Positions 1 through 9,100 of a stretch of DNA of 35,117 bases are shown here, in pieces. A program made the translations under genes and the position numbers. The notes under the pieces were generated by a model that ran no database searches, was not told where the DNA came from, and worked only from the letters and a program-made list of their open reading frames with translations. The stretch's first letter is position 1; each line of letters starts with the position of its first letter. Source of the stretch: Candidatus Micrarchaeota archaeon (GTDB lineage Archaea; Micrarchaeota; Micrarchaeia; Norongarragalinales; WALN01); NCBI GenBank assembly GCA_015522865.1, contig WALN01000064.1:1-35117 (forward strand). Reading direction: 5' to 3'.

Positions 1-1
1 G

Positions 2-595
2 CTTTTGACAGTCGGCTTTGTAGAACGTTTCAACCCAGGTGTTCAGAAATTTATTGAATTGCTTAAAGATGGCAAGCTTGGTAAGCTCTATGCCATTCGC
101 TCCCACAGAAGAGGACCATTCCCCCCGAGAATAAAGGATGTGGGCGTGGTTATAGATTTAGCAGTTCATGATTTAGACATAATTACCCAATGTGACAAAA
201 ATAAAATCGAGAGAATTTACGCTGAAACTGCGAGAAATGTCAACAGTAAATACGAGGATATTTTGTTTGCTCTGATGAGATTTTCTGATGGAGTGATCGC
301 TTCTGTTGATGTTGACTGGCTTTCTCCAAAGAAGATAAGGAATATAGGTGCAATCGGAGAGAGAGGAAGCCTGTGGTTGGATTATATTACGCAGGATTTG
401 TACTATTATCCTCCGAGGAAAAATGGCTCTTTAGTGAGGGAGCATATCGAGCTAAGGGAAGTTGAGCCATTAAAAAACGAACTTTCGCATTTTATTAGTT
501 GTATCACTGATAAAAGACAGCCAGAAGTTACCGCAGAAGAAGGTGTTTTAGTTCTAAAATTGGCTAAAGAAGTTCTGAAGGACGCATATATTTAA
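2..595 (+). CDS. Gfo/Idh/MocA family oxidoreductase, C-terminal part (probable UDP-sugar 3-dehydrogenase); 5'-truncated by the window
   Basis: VGFVERFNP, RRGPFPPRIKDVGVVIDLAVHDLD and EPLKNELSHF motifs; frame open to the window edge; next to glycosylation genes. Confidence 0.88.
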   Translation, partial: LLTVGFVERFNPGVQKFIELLKDGKLGKLYAIRSHRRGPFPPRIKDVGVVIDLAVHDLDIITQCDKNKIERIYAETARNVNSKYEDILFALMRFSDGVIASVDVDWLSPKKIRNIGAIGERGSLWLDYITQDLYYYPPRKNGSLVREHIELREVEPLKNELSHFISCITDKRQPEVTAEEGVLVLKLAKEVLKDAYI

Positions 596-602
596 AATTG
601 AA

Positions 603-869
603 TTATTTTTTGTATACTCTATCGTGGTGCTCAAAATCTACTAATGTAACTGTTTTTGTATTTTTGTCAACAGAAAAAATTAATACAAAATGTTTGTCTA
701 TGTGTACTCTTTTGAAGCACTGCATTGGAGCCCGCAAATTTTTGTAGTGTTACGGGTCTTGCACAATTTTTTCAACCTTTTTCATGATTGTTTTATATAA
801 TTTTGCGTTCTTTTCGAATAACTTTTTAAGTTTTTTATCTAGAGCTGGTTTGATTTCGAGGCGGTACAC
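603..869 (-). pseudogene. RelE/YafQ-family type II toxin with an in-frame TAA at codon 40
   Basis: Manual translation from GTG 869: MYRLEIKPALDKKLKKLFEKNAKLYKTIMKKVEKIVQDP*HYKNLRAPMQCFKRVHIDKHFVLIFSVDKNTKTVTLVDFEHHDRVYKK*; internal stop at 752-750; starts immediately after the antitoxin stop; absent from the ORF track. Confidence 0.85.
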
Positions 870-1112
870 TCATTTCATCTCGTATCGCTTTCTTAGGTTT
901 CCTAAGCTGCCTACTTTAACGGATTTTTCTTTCTTGATTTTCCCTAGTTTTTTGATGTATTCTGGCCTGAGCTGTGGCTCTAAAATCTCCTCTGCATACT
1001 CTTCAGTTACAATATTTATTGCTTCGGATTTATTTTTGAGATCATATTTAGCCTTTACAATATTCAGAATTCTATTTGCTTTTTTATTTATATTAATAAT
1101 TGCCTGCACCAT
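870..1112 (-). CDS. Antitoxin (DUF2683-like, ribbon-helix-helix type)
   Basis: 80 aa; ANRILNIVKAKYDLKNKSEAIN...EPQLRPEYI pattern of archaeal antitoxins; abuts the RelE-like gene; G-rich SD upstream. Confidence 0.82.
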   Translation of the reverse strand: MVQAIININKKANRILNIVKAKYDLKNKSEAINIVTEEYAEEILEPQLRPEYIKKLGKIKKEKSVKVGSLGNLRKRYEMK

Positions 1113-1130
1113 AATAACCCCCTAATATTA

Positions 1131-1149
1131 TATTAATATCATATTAATA
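1131..1149. promoter_or_regulatory. Possible antitoxin autoregulatory operator (palindrome TATTAATAT-C-ATATTAATA)
   Basis: Perfect 9-1-9 inverted repeat about 20 bp upstream of the antitoxin start; AT-only arms, so chance is not excluded. Confidence 0.35.
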
Positions 1150-1223
1150 AATATTTTCCGCTACACAAATTTCACTATTTTTAGAGAGTGCATATATTTA
1201 AAATTTAGAAGTGTACGCTATTT

Positions 1224-2204
1224 ATGCATCTGAGTTTTCTTGTGATTTTGGAAGTATTTTTTGCGTTTTTAATTGCTTATTTTTCTGTTCCTGTACTTAT
1301 ACGAAAAGTTAAACAGAGAGGATTTTTGGCCCCCGATATTTACAAACCTAAACACCCCAAAATTCCCGAACTTGGAGGTTTAGCTATTTTTATTGGCTAT
1401 ATTTTACCACTTCTCTTTGTTCTTCCTTTTATCCCATATCTGGACCAATATCACCTACTTGCAGTTATCGCCACTGTAATTTTAGTTGAGCTTATAGGTA
1501 TTATAGATGATATTTTTGCTATACGCCAAAGCGTGAAAGTCATCCTTCCACTTTTCGCTGCGATACCACTTATGGTAACAGAAGCAGGAACAAGTTCAAT
1601 GTTTTTTCCACTTATTGGAACTGTAAATTTTGGAATATTCTATGCTCTAATTTTAATTCCAATCGGCATAACTGCAGCCGCGAACTTAACAAATATGCTC
1701 GCTGGCTTTAATGGGCTGGAAGCAGGCAACGGGTTCATTGCTGTTCTAACTGTTGCAGTTGCAGCATTGTTACTTGGACATATGGAAACAGTAGTTATTC
1801 TTGCCCCGCTTTTAGGTGCTTTGCTCGCTTTCCTCAAATATAATTGGTACCCTGCTAAAATATTTCCTGGAGACTGCGGAACTTTGCTGATTGGGACGGT
1901 AATAGCAAGCGCGGTAATAGTTGGGAATATGGAGCTGGTTGGCGTGCTTTCCCTTTCCCTTTACATTTTTAACTTCCTTTTGTTTATTTTCATAGTTAAC
2001 AAATATTCTCCGAAGTATAAATTTGGAAAAGTTGACAGCAAAGGGTATATTCATCCACCCGCCAAGGAGTATTTTTATTCGCTCTATTTTCTTATAGCCA
2101 AATACAAAAAAGTGAAAGAAAAAGATATCGTAAAAATTATACTGAAACTTCAGTTGCTTGTTTCCCTGGCTGTTGTTTTATGGGTCTGCTCTCTCGTTTG
2201 GTAA
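1224..2204 (+). CDS. MraY/GPT family (Glycos_transf_4) polyprenyl-phosphate HexNAc-1-phosphate transferase, AglH-like
   Basis: Multi-TM; IPELGG, GIIDD, NMLAGFNGLE and YNWYPAKIFPGDCG motifs. Confidence 0.9.
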   Translation: MHLSFLVILEVFFAFLIAYFSVPVLIRKVKQRGFLAPDIYKPKHPKIPELGGLAIFIGYILPLLFVLPFIPYLDQYHLLAVIATVILVELIGIIDDIFAIRQSVKVILPLFAAIPLMVTEAGTSSMFFPLIGTVNFGIFYALILIPIGITAAANLTNMLAGFNGLEAGNGFIAVLTVAVAALLLGHMETVVILAPLLGALLAFLKYNWYPAKIFPGDCGTLLIGTVIASAVIVGNMELVGVLSLSLYIFNFLLFIFIVNKYSPKYKFGKVDSKGYIHPPAKEYFYSLYFLIAKYKKVKEKDIVKIILKLQLLVSLAVVLWVCSLVW

Positions 2205-2211
2205 TATTATT

Positions 2212-3219
2212 TTAGAGTGTAATAAAAGCTATTGAAAAAATAGCAAATAAGATTTGAATTAGCCATAATGAATATACTATTTGTTTCTCATTTAAGTTGA
2301 AGTATTTCATTAGTACATGGGAAAGCGAATAAATTTTTCCGTTATATTTTAAATTTTTGTTCTTATCCAACCTCCCGAAATTTTCTGCTTGAAATTTACT
2401 TCTTGCCTTTAGAAAAAACTCGATAATTTGGGGCCCCATCAATATTATCGCTGCAACTTCTACATTTGCAATTATTGAAATAGTTCCTATTGCTCCTCCT
2501 ATTAAATATGTGAGCGAGTTACCGCCCAAAATTTTCGCTGGATACCAGTTATAAATTAAGAATCCCAAGCATACTGCAACAAGCGCGGTTGATAATAATG
2601 TTCCTATCTGGGAGCCAGCTATAAAGGAAATTAATGCCATAGTGATGCCCGCGATTATTCCAATACCTACTTCCAAACCATTAAACCCTGCCAGTAAATT
2701 AACTAAATTTGAGGAGGCAACTATCCAGAGCGGAATAAAAATTATTGAATATGCAACACCAAAATTTACTACGCCTAAAAACGGTATTAGAATCAATGTA
2801 GAATGAAAAACAGCAATGAGCGGAAGTGATGCAAACAGTGGAAGAAAAACTCTATAAATTTGCTTCATATGAACAAAATCCTCAACAATACCAATAGTTG
2901 CAATCAGAGTAATTGAAAGAATAGCTGCCAAGTAGTAAATTAGTTCTTCTTTTGCTATAAAACTCATAATAATTAAAGCCGTTACAAGAAGAGAGAAGGT
3001 CACTGCTATACCTCCTCCGTTCACCACTCTGTATTTAGCAAATTTTTCCGAATATTCTTCTTTCAGTTTCTTTATCTCTCTCAATGAGAGCTTTTGTGGA
3101 ACTTTGTTTAAATCCACTATGAAAAATTTTCTTTTTTCAAAAGCAGCCAAAACAGCAAAGGTTGAAAATAAAGAAAGTAAAAAAGCAAATAAAAAAATTC
3201 CACAAAGCACTAAACACAT
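2212..3219 (-). CDS. Second MraY/GPT family paralog with divergent active-site motifs
   Basis: Multi-TM; GIVED, NLLAGFNGLE, YNWYPAKILGGN. Confidence 0.87.
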   Translation of the reverse strand: MCLVLCGIFLFAFLLSLFSTFAVLAAFEKRKFFIVDLNKVPQKLSLREIKKLKEEYSEKFAKYRVVNGGGIAVTFSLLVTALIIMSFIAKEELIYYLAAILSITLIATIGIVEDFVHMKQIYRVFLPLFASLPLIAVFHSTLILIPFLGVVNFGVAYSIIFIPLWIVASSNLVNLLAGFNGLEVGIGIIAGITMALISFIAGSQIGTLLSTALVAVCLGFLIYNWYPAKILGGNSLTYLIGGAIGTISIIANVEVAAIILMGPQIIEFFLKARSKFQAENFGRLDKNKNLKYNGKIYSLSHVLMKYFNLNEKQIVYSLWLIQILFAIFSIAFITL

Positions 3220-3266
3220 ACCTCAATTTGTAGTTTTATATTTAAAATCCTGTCCCTAATTACTTT

Positions 3267-4742
3267 ATGTCATTTAAAAAATTCCTAGAACGTACCGGAG
3301 CAGTCACTTTGTTAAATGTTCTTATGCAGCTTAGAGGTTTGCTCTACTTGCCTGTTCTCTCAAAAATATGGGGGACTTTCTATTACGGAGTTTGGTCGCA
3401 GGTGACTGTTACACTCGGGGTTTTTCTTCCATTTGTTGCGCTTGGAATTCCAACTGCGATGAACAGATTTTTACCAATTAAAAAAGGAAGAGAATTAAGC
3501 AAGGGATTTTATTCTGCTTTTCTAGTAATGTTTCTGAGTTCTATTTTTGTCGGGGCATTGATTTTAATTTTTTCTTCCTCCCTTGCGGCTTATTTCTTTG
3601 GAGGGGCGGCTCAGGCAGTTGTTGTAAAAATAATTACGCTTTTGTTGGCTTCGCTTGTACTCAATCATTCTATTGCCGCTCTATTGCAAGCAAAAAGGAG
3701 GATTAAGTTGTATACCTCCATATCCACAGTTCAGCTGATTATTGAAACTGTTGGTGTAATAGCGATGGTTTTGTTTAATTTTGCAATTGTTCCAGTTCTG
3801 CTCTTCTTAGTTGCAACTAAGATTGTTATTTTTGCTGCTGTTTGGCTCTTCTGGGTCCTCCCAGAAATTGGTATTTCCTACCCGCAATTCTCAATAATGA
3901 AAAAATATCTGAAATTTGGCGTTCCAACTATTTTTGCAGGTTTTGGCTATTGGCTACTAAATGTTGGAGACAGGTACGTTATCGCTTTCTTTAAGGGAGC
4001 CTCTGATGTTGGGATTTATTCTGTGGCTTATAAAACCGGTGCTATTTTACTGCTTGTGATATACGCAATTTACTTTGTATTATTTCCAACTCTTTCGAAG
4101 CTTAGAGATGAAAAACAGTTTAACGAAATAAAAAAATATGTTGCGAGAATATTCAAGCTCTTTATTATATTTTCTCTGCCTGCATTCTTTGGTTTGTTGG
4201 CTCTTTCTCATCCAATTATACGCTCAATCTCAACGATAGAATTTGCATCCAAGAGCGGTCTTGTCGCTCCGATAGTATCGCTCGGTATTCTATTTTATGG
4301 AATATTTTTGTTGTATGCGCTTGTTATTTTAGCTGAAAACAAAACAAAATTGTATGCAAAAATATTGCTTTTGGGCGCTGCAATTAATTTAATCTTAAAT
4401 CTTTGGCTTGTCCCAATTTACGGAATTGAAGCTGCCGCCTGGACTACTTTATTCTCATTTCTCCTTATTGCCATATTGGCCTATTACTTTGCTCCAAATT
4501 ACTGCAAAACGAAGATGAAATTTGTTTATATGCTTAAATCATTTATTGCGTCTTTGTTGATGTACTTTGCAATTTCTTTGTTTAATTTGCAGTATGTAAG
4601 ATGGTATGGCGTGTTGGCAGTAGTTGCTCTTGGGGCATTAGTATATTTGTTTTTCGTATGGCTGCTCAGAGTTTTTGACAAGAAAGAGCAGCAATTTATT
4701 TTTTCTCTTTTAGCTGCAATTACCTCTAAATTTTCCAGATAG
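3267..4742 (+). CDS. Oligosaccharide flippase (Wzx/MOP superfamily)
   Basis: 491 aa with many TM segments; GDRYVIAFF..VGIYSVAY and NLILNLWLVPIYGIEAAA motifs. Confidence 0.88.
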   Translation: MSFKKFLERTGAVTLLNVLMQLRGLLYLPVLSKIWGTFYYGVWSQVTVTLGVFLPFVALGIPTAMNRFLPIKKGRELSKGFYSAFLVMFLSSIFVGALILIFSSSLAAYFFGGAAQAVVVKIITLLLASLVLNHSIAALLQAKRRIKLYTSISTVQLIIETVGVIAMVLFNFAIVPVLLFLVATKIVIFAAVWLFWVLPEIGISYPQFSIMKKYLKFGVPTIFAGFGYWLLNVGDRYVIAFFKGASDVGIYSVAYKTGAILLLVIYAIYFVLFPTLSKLRDEKQFNEIKKYVARIFKLFIIFSLPAFFGLLALSHPIIRSISTIEFASKSGLVAPIVSLGILFYGIFLLYALVILAENKTKLYAKILLLGAAINLILNLWLVPIYGIEAAAWTTLFSFLLIAILAYYFAPNYCKTKMKFVYMLKSFIASLLMYFAISLFNLQYVRWYGVLAVVALGALVYLFFVWLLRVFDKKEQQFIFSLLAAITSKFSR

Positions 4743-4790
4743 CTCATTTTATTTAACAATTTAGTTTTGTGGTCTATATTTTAATAGCGT

Positions 4791-4979
4791 CTAAGCTTTC
4801 AGTAAAATACATACAACAAATCCAGCAAGAAAAGCGAGAATTATCCATGTCCAATTTATGCCTGCGTTTCTATACGCTCCAAGTCCCTGCCTCTGCGCAG
4901 GTGGCTCTGACTCTTCTCCATATTTCGCTTTATGTGTTTCTATCCTTTCCTCTTCAGTCTTTGGCACTCCGTACGGCAT
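4791..4979 (-). CDS. Small hypothetical protein with C-terminal TM anchor
   Basis: 62 aa, ATG start, charged N-terminus plus one hydrophobic helix; fills an intergenic gap. Confidence 0.6.
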   Translation of the reverse strand: MPYGVPKTEEERIETHKAKYGEESEPPAQRQGLGAYRNAGINWTWIILAFLAGFVVCILLKA

Positions 4980-5078
4980 ATAGCTATTTGCTTTTTGCTG
5001 TTTTTATTTCTATCTTTTTTTATCTATATTTATGAAAGCTGAATAAACATATTTTAACTATTATTGCTTAATGTTTCT

Positions 5079-6353
5079 ATGTTGCTCATAAAAAATGCGA
5101 CAATTATAACGCAGAACTCAAAGCGCCAAATCCTCAGAGATTATGATGTTCTGATTGAAAAGAACAAAATAGCAAAAATCGGCAGAGGTCTGCGCGCGCC
5201 GAGTGCGGAAACAATAGATGCTCATAGAAAAGTAGTTTTGCCCTCGTTTGTCAATACGCACACGCATATAGCAATGGCAATTTTGAGGGGCTATGCAGAT
5301 GATTTGAAATTGAAAGAGTGGCTGGAAAAGGAAATATGGCCGATGGAAGCTCAGATGAAAAAAGAGGATATTTACTGGGGCTCAATGCTCGGAATTGCCG
5401 AACTGATTCACTCAGGCATTTCCGCCTTTTTGGATATGTATTTCTTTCCGGAGGCTACTGCAAAGGCAGTTGAAGAAAGCGGTTTGAGAGCGAATATATC
5501 CTTTGTTATGCTTGACGAAGATTTGAGCAATCCTAAAGATTACAATTTTAAAGTACCCGAATGGAAAAGCGAGAGAGTAGATTATTCAATAGGCCCGCAC
5601 GCCCCTTATTCTGTTTCAGAAAAAAATTTAATATACGCAAGAAAATTTTCAAAAGAGCATAATGTATTGGTTCACACACATCTCAGTGAGACAGAAGAGG
5701 AGGTGAGAGAGATAAAAAAAAGAACTGGCAAATCTCCAGTTGAGTATCTGCGCTCTCTTGGTCTGCTTGGTAAAAACACAGTAGCAGCACATTGCGTTCA
5801 TTTATCCAAAAATGATATTAAGCTGCTAAAAGAGACGCAGACAAATGTTTCGCATAATCCAACAAGCAATTTGAAGCTTGCTTCTGGCATTTCGCCAGTC
5901 CAGCAATTGCTGAACAGTAATATAAACGTCTCGCTTGGGACTGATGGCGCAGCTTCAAACAACTCGCTTTCAATTATTTATGAGGCAAAATTGGCTGCCC
6001 TTTTGCAAAAATATTTGACAAATGACCCAACTGCGCTAAATGCGCAAAAAGCGCTGGACATGGCGACATTAAACGGAGCAAAGGCCCTGCGATTTAACGC
6101 TGGTTCTATTGAGGAAGGAAAGCTGGCTGATTTAGTTCTGCTGGATTTGAAAAATTCCAGGATGAACCCAGAATATAATTTAGTTTCTAACATTATTTAC
6201 TCTTCAAATTCCTCATGCGTTTCAGACTTGATAGTTAATGGAAAACTAGTGATGAAAGATGGAAAAATACTGACTTTTGATGAGAGAAAGGTTGTTGGGA
6301 GGGCGCAGGAAGTTGCCGAAAACCTGAAGAAAAGAGCAGAGGTGAAAAAATGA
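5079..6353 (+). CDS. mtaD: 5'-methylthioadenosine/S-adenosylhomocysteine (5'-deoxyadenosine) deaminase, amidohydrolase family
   Basis: NTHTH, GPHAPY, HTHLSET, AHCVHL, HNPTSNLKLASG, LGTDGAASNN; start placed at ATG 5079 (MLLIKNA). Confidence 0.88.
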   Translation: MLLIKNATIITQNSKRQILRDYDVLIEKNKIAKIGRGLRAPSAETIDAHRKVVLPSFVNTHTHIAMAILRGYADDLKLKEWLEKEIWPMEAQMKKEDIYWGSMLGIAELIHSGISAFLDMYFFPEATAKAVEESGLRANISFVMLDEDLSNPKDYNFKVPEWKSERVDYSIGPHAPYSVSEKNLIYARKFSKEHNVLVHTHLSETEEEVREIKKRTGKSPVEYLRSLGLLGKNTVAAHCVHLSKNDIKLLKETQTNVSHNPTSNLKLASGISPVQQLLNSNINVSLGTDGAASNNSLSIIYEAKLAALLQKYLTNDPTALNAQKALDMATLNGAKALRFNAGSIEEGKLADLVLLDLKNSRMNPEYNLVSNIIYSSNSSCVSDLIVNGKLVMKDGKILTFDERKVVGRAQEVAENLKKRAEVKK

Positions 6354-7057
6354 AAATAGCTGTGATAGGCGGAAGCGGCTTGTACTCGCTTTTGAAAAAT
6401 GCTGAAACAAAAATGGTTGCAACAAAGTATGGAAAGGCGAAGGTGCACTGCGGAAAGATAGGAAAAAATGAAGTGTTTTTTGTTGCCCGGCATGGCGAAA
6501 AACACACTCTGCCGCCGCACAGAGTAAATTATAAAGCGAACATCTCGGCACTTAAAAAATTGGGCGTAGAAAAAATTATAGCAACTGCTGCGTGCGGTGC
6601 GATTTCAAAATATGCGCCAGGGGATTTAGTTATCGCCGAGGACATGATCGGTTTTTTTGCTCCAATAACTTTTTTTGATGGCAAAGTAGTTCATACTGAT
6701 TTTTCGCATCCCTATTCTCAAAAATTGAACAAGGTGTTGATTGAAGCGGCAAAGAGAAATAAAATTAATATGAAAAGAGGAGGAATTATAGCGACTATGC
6801 GCGGACCTAGATTTGAGACGCCTGCCGAAATCAGAGCGTTGAAATCAATGGGGGCAAATCTCGTTAATATGACAAATGCATATGAATGTGTTCTTTCGCG
6901 AGAGGTTGGGATAGAATACTCTACTTTAATAGTTGTCACAAATTATGCTGCAGGCATCTCCAAGCGCCCACTTTCGCATAAAGAGACTATAGAAATGGTA
7001 AAAAAGAAGGAGCACGACCTTCTGGCACTAATAAAGAGCGCCTGTTCTGTCCTTTAA
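6350..7057 (+). CDS. MTAP-family nucleoside phosphorylase, probably S-methyl-5'-thioinosine phosphorylase
   Basis: IGGSG, RHGEKHTLPPHRVNY, GPRFETPAE, VTNYAAG; ATGA overlap with the deaminase. Confidence 0.88.
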   Translation: MKIAVIGGSGLYSLLKNAETKMVATKYGKAKVHCGKIGKNEVFFVARHGEKHTLPPHRVNYKANISALKKLGVEKIIATAACGAISKYAPGDLVIAEDMIGFFAPITFFDGKVVHTDFSHPYSQKLNKVLIEAAKRNKINMKRGGIIATMRGPRFETPAEIRALKSMGANLVNMTNAYECVLSREVGIEYSTLIVVTNYAAGISKRPLSHKETIEMVKKKEHDLLALIKSACSVL

Positions 7058-7108
7058 TTCTAAATGCTTGGAAAAACAATTATAAATGCTTGAACAGCTT
7101 ATTCCTTT

Positions 7109-7693
7109 ATGGGCACTAACAATCCAGAGAGCGGACCTGAGGTAGATGGAAATAAAAAAATTTTTATCGCTGTATTTGCTATTGTTGTAATTATTGTGGC
7201 TGCACTTTCAGCGCTGTACCTGTCCGGAGTTTTCGGGACAAAGGGAAAAGAAGTGAGCGCCACACCTCCGGGTGTCTCTGCGCATGCGACCTCAGAAGCG
7301 ACGGCAACTCCAGTAGCACTTACAGAAAAAGAACAAACATTGAAATCAGAAATTGAGCTGATGCTGCAGCAAGAATTTCCTTTACTAACTTTTGAAGGTT
7401 ATAAAAAAATATTAGAGTATACTCAGTTAAATTACTCTGCCGAAGAAAACATGTCAAAAGAAGAGTTTATGAAAATTGAAGGCTCCTTAGCTAAAGTTTT
7501 ACGAAATAGTGGATATCAGATTAAGTCTACTTTTTCTGTCGGGCAGGGGACTATGCAGATAGGGGGCAAAAGCATCTCAACACCAGCACAAATACAGATA
7601 GACTCTATTAAGCAAGGCTCTGAAATAATTTTTAAAATAGAGAAAATGGACAAAAAAATAAAAGTCGAAATTCAGATAGCTCCAATCAAATAG
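7109..7693 (+). CDS. Hypothetical membrane-anchored surface protein
   Basis: Single N-terminal TM helix, A/T/P-rich linker, globular C-terminal domain. Confidence 0.7.
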   Translation: MGTNNPESGPEVDGNKKIFIAVFAIVVIIVAALSALYLSGVFGTKGKEVSATPPGVSAHATSEATATPVALTEKEQTLKSEIELMLQQEFPLLTFEGYKKILEYTQLNYSAEENMSKEEFMKIEGSLAKVLRNSGYQIKSTFSVGQGTMQIGGKSISTPAQIQIDSIKQGSEIIFKIEKMDKKIKVEIQIAPIK

Positions 7694-7787
7694 GTTTACT
7701 GTTCGCATGTAAATGTTTTTAGAGTAGGGAAATATCAACCCCCTAAAACATGAAAATGTTTAAATAATTCGGGAGAGAAATTAGTTT

Positions 7788-8507
7788 ATGAAATTGCGCT
7801 ATGGGAGTATTATTGACTTCAGCGACAAAGATTTTCCAGACCACGCTGCTTCTATCCTTCTGCTAGGCGGCTGCCCATTTAGATGTCCCTATTGCTATGT
7901 TCCTCTGCTTCTCAGTGATGAACACTGTGATGAAAAATCAATTGATTATTTTGTGGAGCATTTCAGGAAGCACAGCGATGAGATTGAGGGGGTGGTCATT
8001 TCTGGGGGGGAACCATTACAACAGGCGAATGCAGTTATTGAGCTATCAAAGCGCCTGAAAGAGCAGGGGCTCTTGGTGAAAATAGAAACAAACGGCTTTT
8101 ATGCTGGAGAGCTTAGCACTTTGTTGAAATATGTTGATTATGTAGCTATTGATGTAAAAACAAAACTGGAAGCCGATGCGTACAAACAAATTACCGGCTA
8201 TGACGGAGATAAAAATTTGTTAATTGCAAGAGTTTTACAGTCCCTTGCATTTTTACAAAGGTCACCGGTAACAGTTGAAGTGCGCACCACAATAGTGCCC
8301 ACTTTAAATGATTCTCCAGAAATTGTCAGGAATATAGCAAAGCATATTAAATGGGCAGATCTGTATGTGTTGCAACAATTCAGAACAGATTTAGCACTAG
8401 TTGACCCCGAACTGAGGAAAGTTGGGCAGACAACTAAGAAGAAACTAAAGGAACTCGCCTCTGTTGCAAAAAAATATGTTGATAAAGTTGAGATCAGGAC
8501 CAAGTGA
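7788..8507 (+). CDS. Radical SAM glycyl-radical activating enzyme (anaerobic ribonucleotide reductase activase, NrdG-like)
   Basis: CPFRCPYC (CxxxCxxC), ISGGEP, ETNG, EVRTTIVP, YVLQQFR. Confidence 0.82.
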   Translation: MKLRYGSIIDFSDKDFPDHAASILLLGGCPFRCPYCYVPLLLSDEHCDEKSIDYFVEHFRKHSDEIEGVVISGGEPLQQANAVIELSKRLKEQGLLVKIETNGFYAGELSTLLKYVDYVAIDVKTKLEADAYKQITGYDGDKNLLIARVLQSLAFLQRSPVTVEVRTTIVPTLNDSPEIVRNIAKHIKWADLYVLQQFRTDLALVDPELRKVGQTTKKKLKELASVAKKYVDKVEIRTK

Positions 8508-8511
8508 TAAA

Positions 8512-9099
8512 ATGCTGGCTAATATTGAAAAGCTAGTTAGCAAGCCAGGAAATATTCAAATTTTTTCTGATGAAAAGATTAGAAGCAAGAAACCAAGCAT
8601 AACTGAAGAGGACAAAGTCCCCCTCATAAATACTTTAAAAAAGCCTTTTATAGAAGTTTATAAGTATAGCCCAGAGCTATATGACAAAGTTTCAGGAAGG
8701 TTTTCGATGCATCACTATAATCTCGATAATGAAATGGGCGGAACAAAGCCCATCGAAGGATATCTTTTTTTCCATTTACATTTTAATGTTATGGGTCCTC
8801 CTGGAGAAGTAAGCACTTTCAAAGAAATTACAAAAAACTTTTTAAAGATGAAGGGCGTCTCTCTTGAGTTTGATATTAGACGCTTAGATAAAGAATTAGA
8901 GGAAGCTAAAAAAACACATAAAGAGTTAGCAGATGCAATTTCTACTATTAAAGATTCCATCTCAAAACGGTCAGGTTCAAAAATTGGCGTTTATAATTTT
9001 CGTATTCATATTCACTCGCACCCACTTGCAGACCACAAAAAATTAATACAATTAATAGCACAGTATGTTGAATTGGTGAAGAATCATTCAGTCCGTTGA
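8512..9099 (+). CDS. Hypothetical protein with several His motifs
   Basis: Likely start ATG 8512, 4 nt after the activase stop; no family recognised. Confidence 0.65.
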   Translation: MLANIEKLVSKPGNIQIFSDEKIRSKKPSITEEDKVPLINTLKKPFIEVYKYSPELYDKVSGRFSMHHYNLDNEMGGTKPIEGYLFFHLHFNVMGPPGEVSTFKEITKNFLKMKGVSLEFDIRRLDKELEEAKKTHKELADAISTIKDSISKRSGSKIGVYNFRIHIHSHPLADHKKLIQLIAQYVELVKNHSVR

Positions 9100-9100
9100 A

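Noticed and set aside
750..752. Stop-codon reassignment as an explanation for the toxin TAA
   Set aside because: TAA terminates many genes in this window (e.g. gap, smc, hisS) and no other gene has internal stops
784..1125. 113-aa ORF on the plus strand
   Set aside because: Shadow of the TA pair on the minus strand
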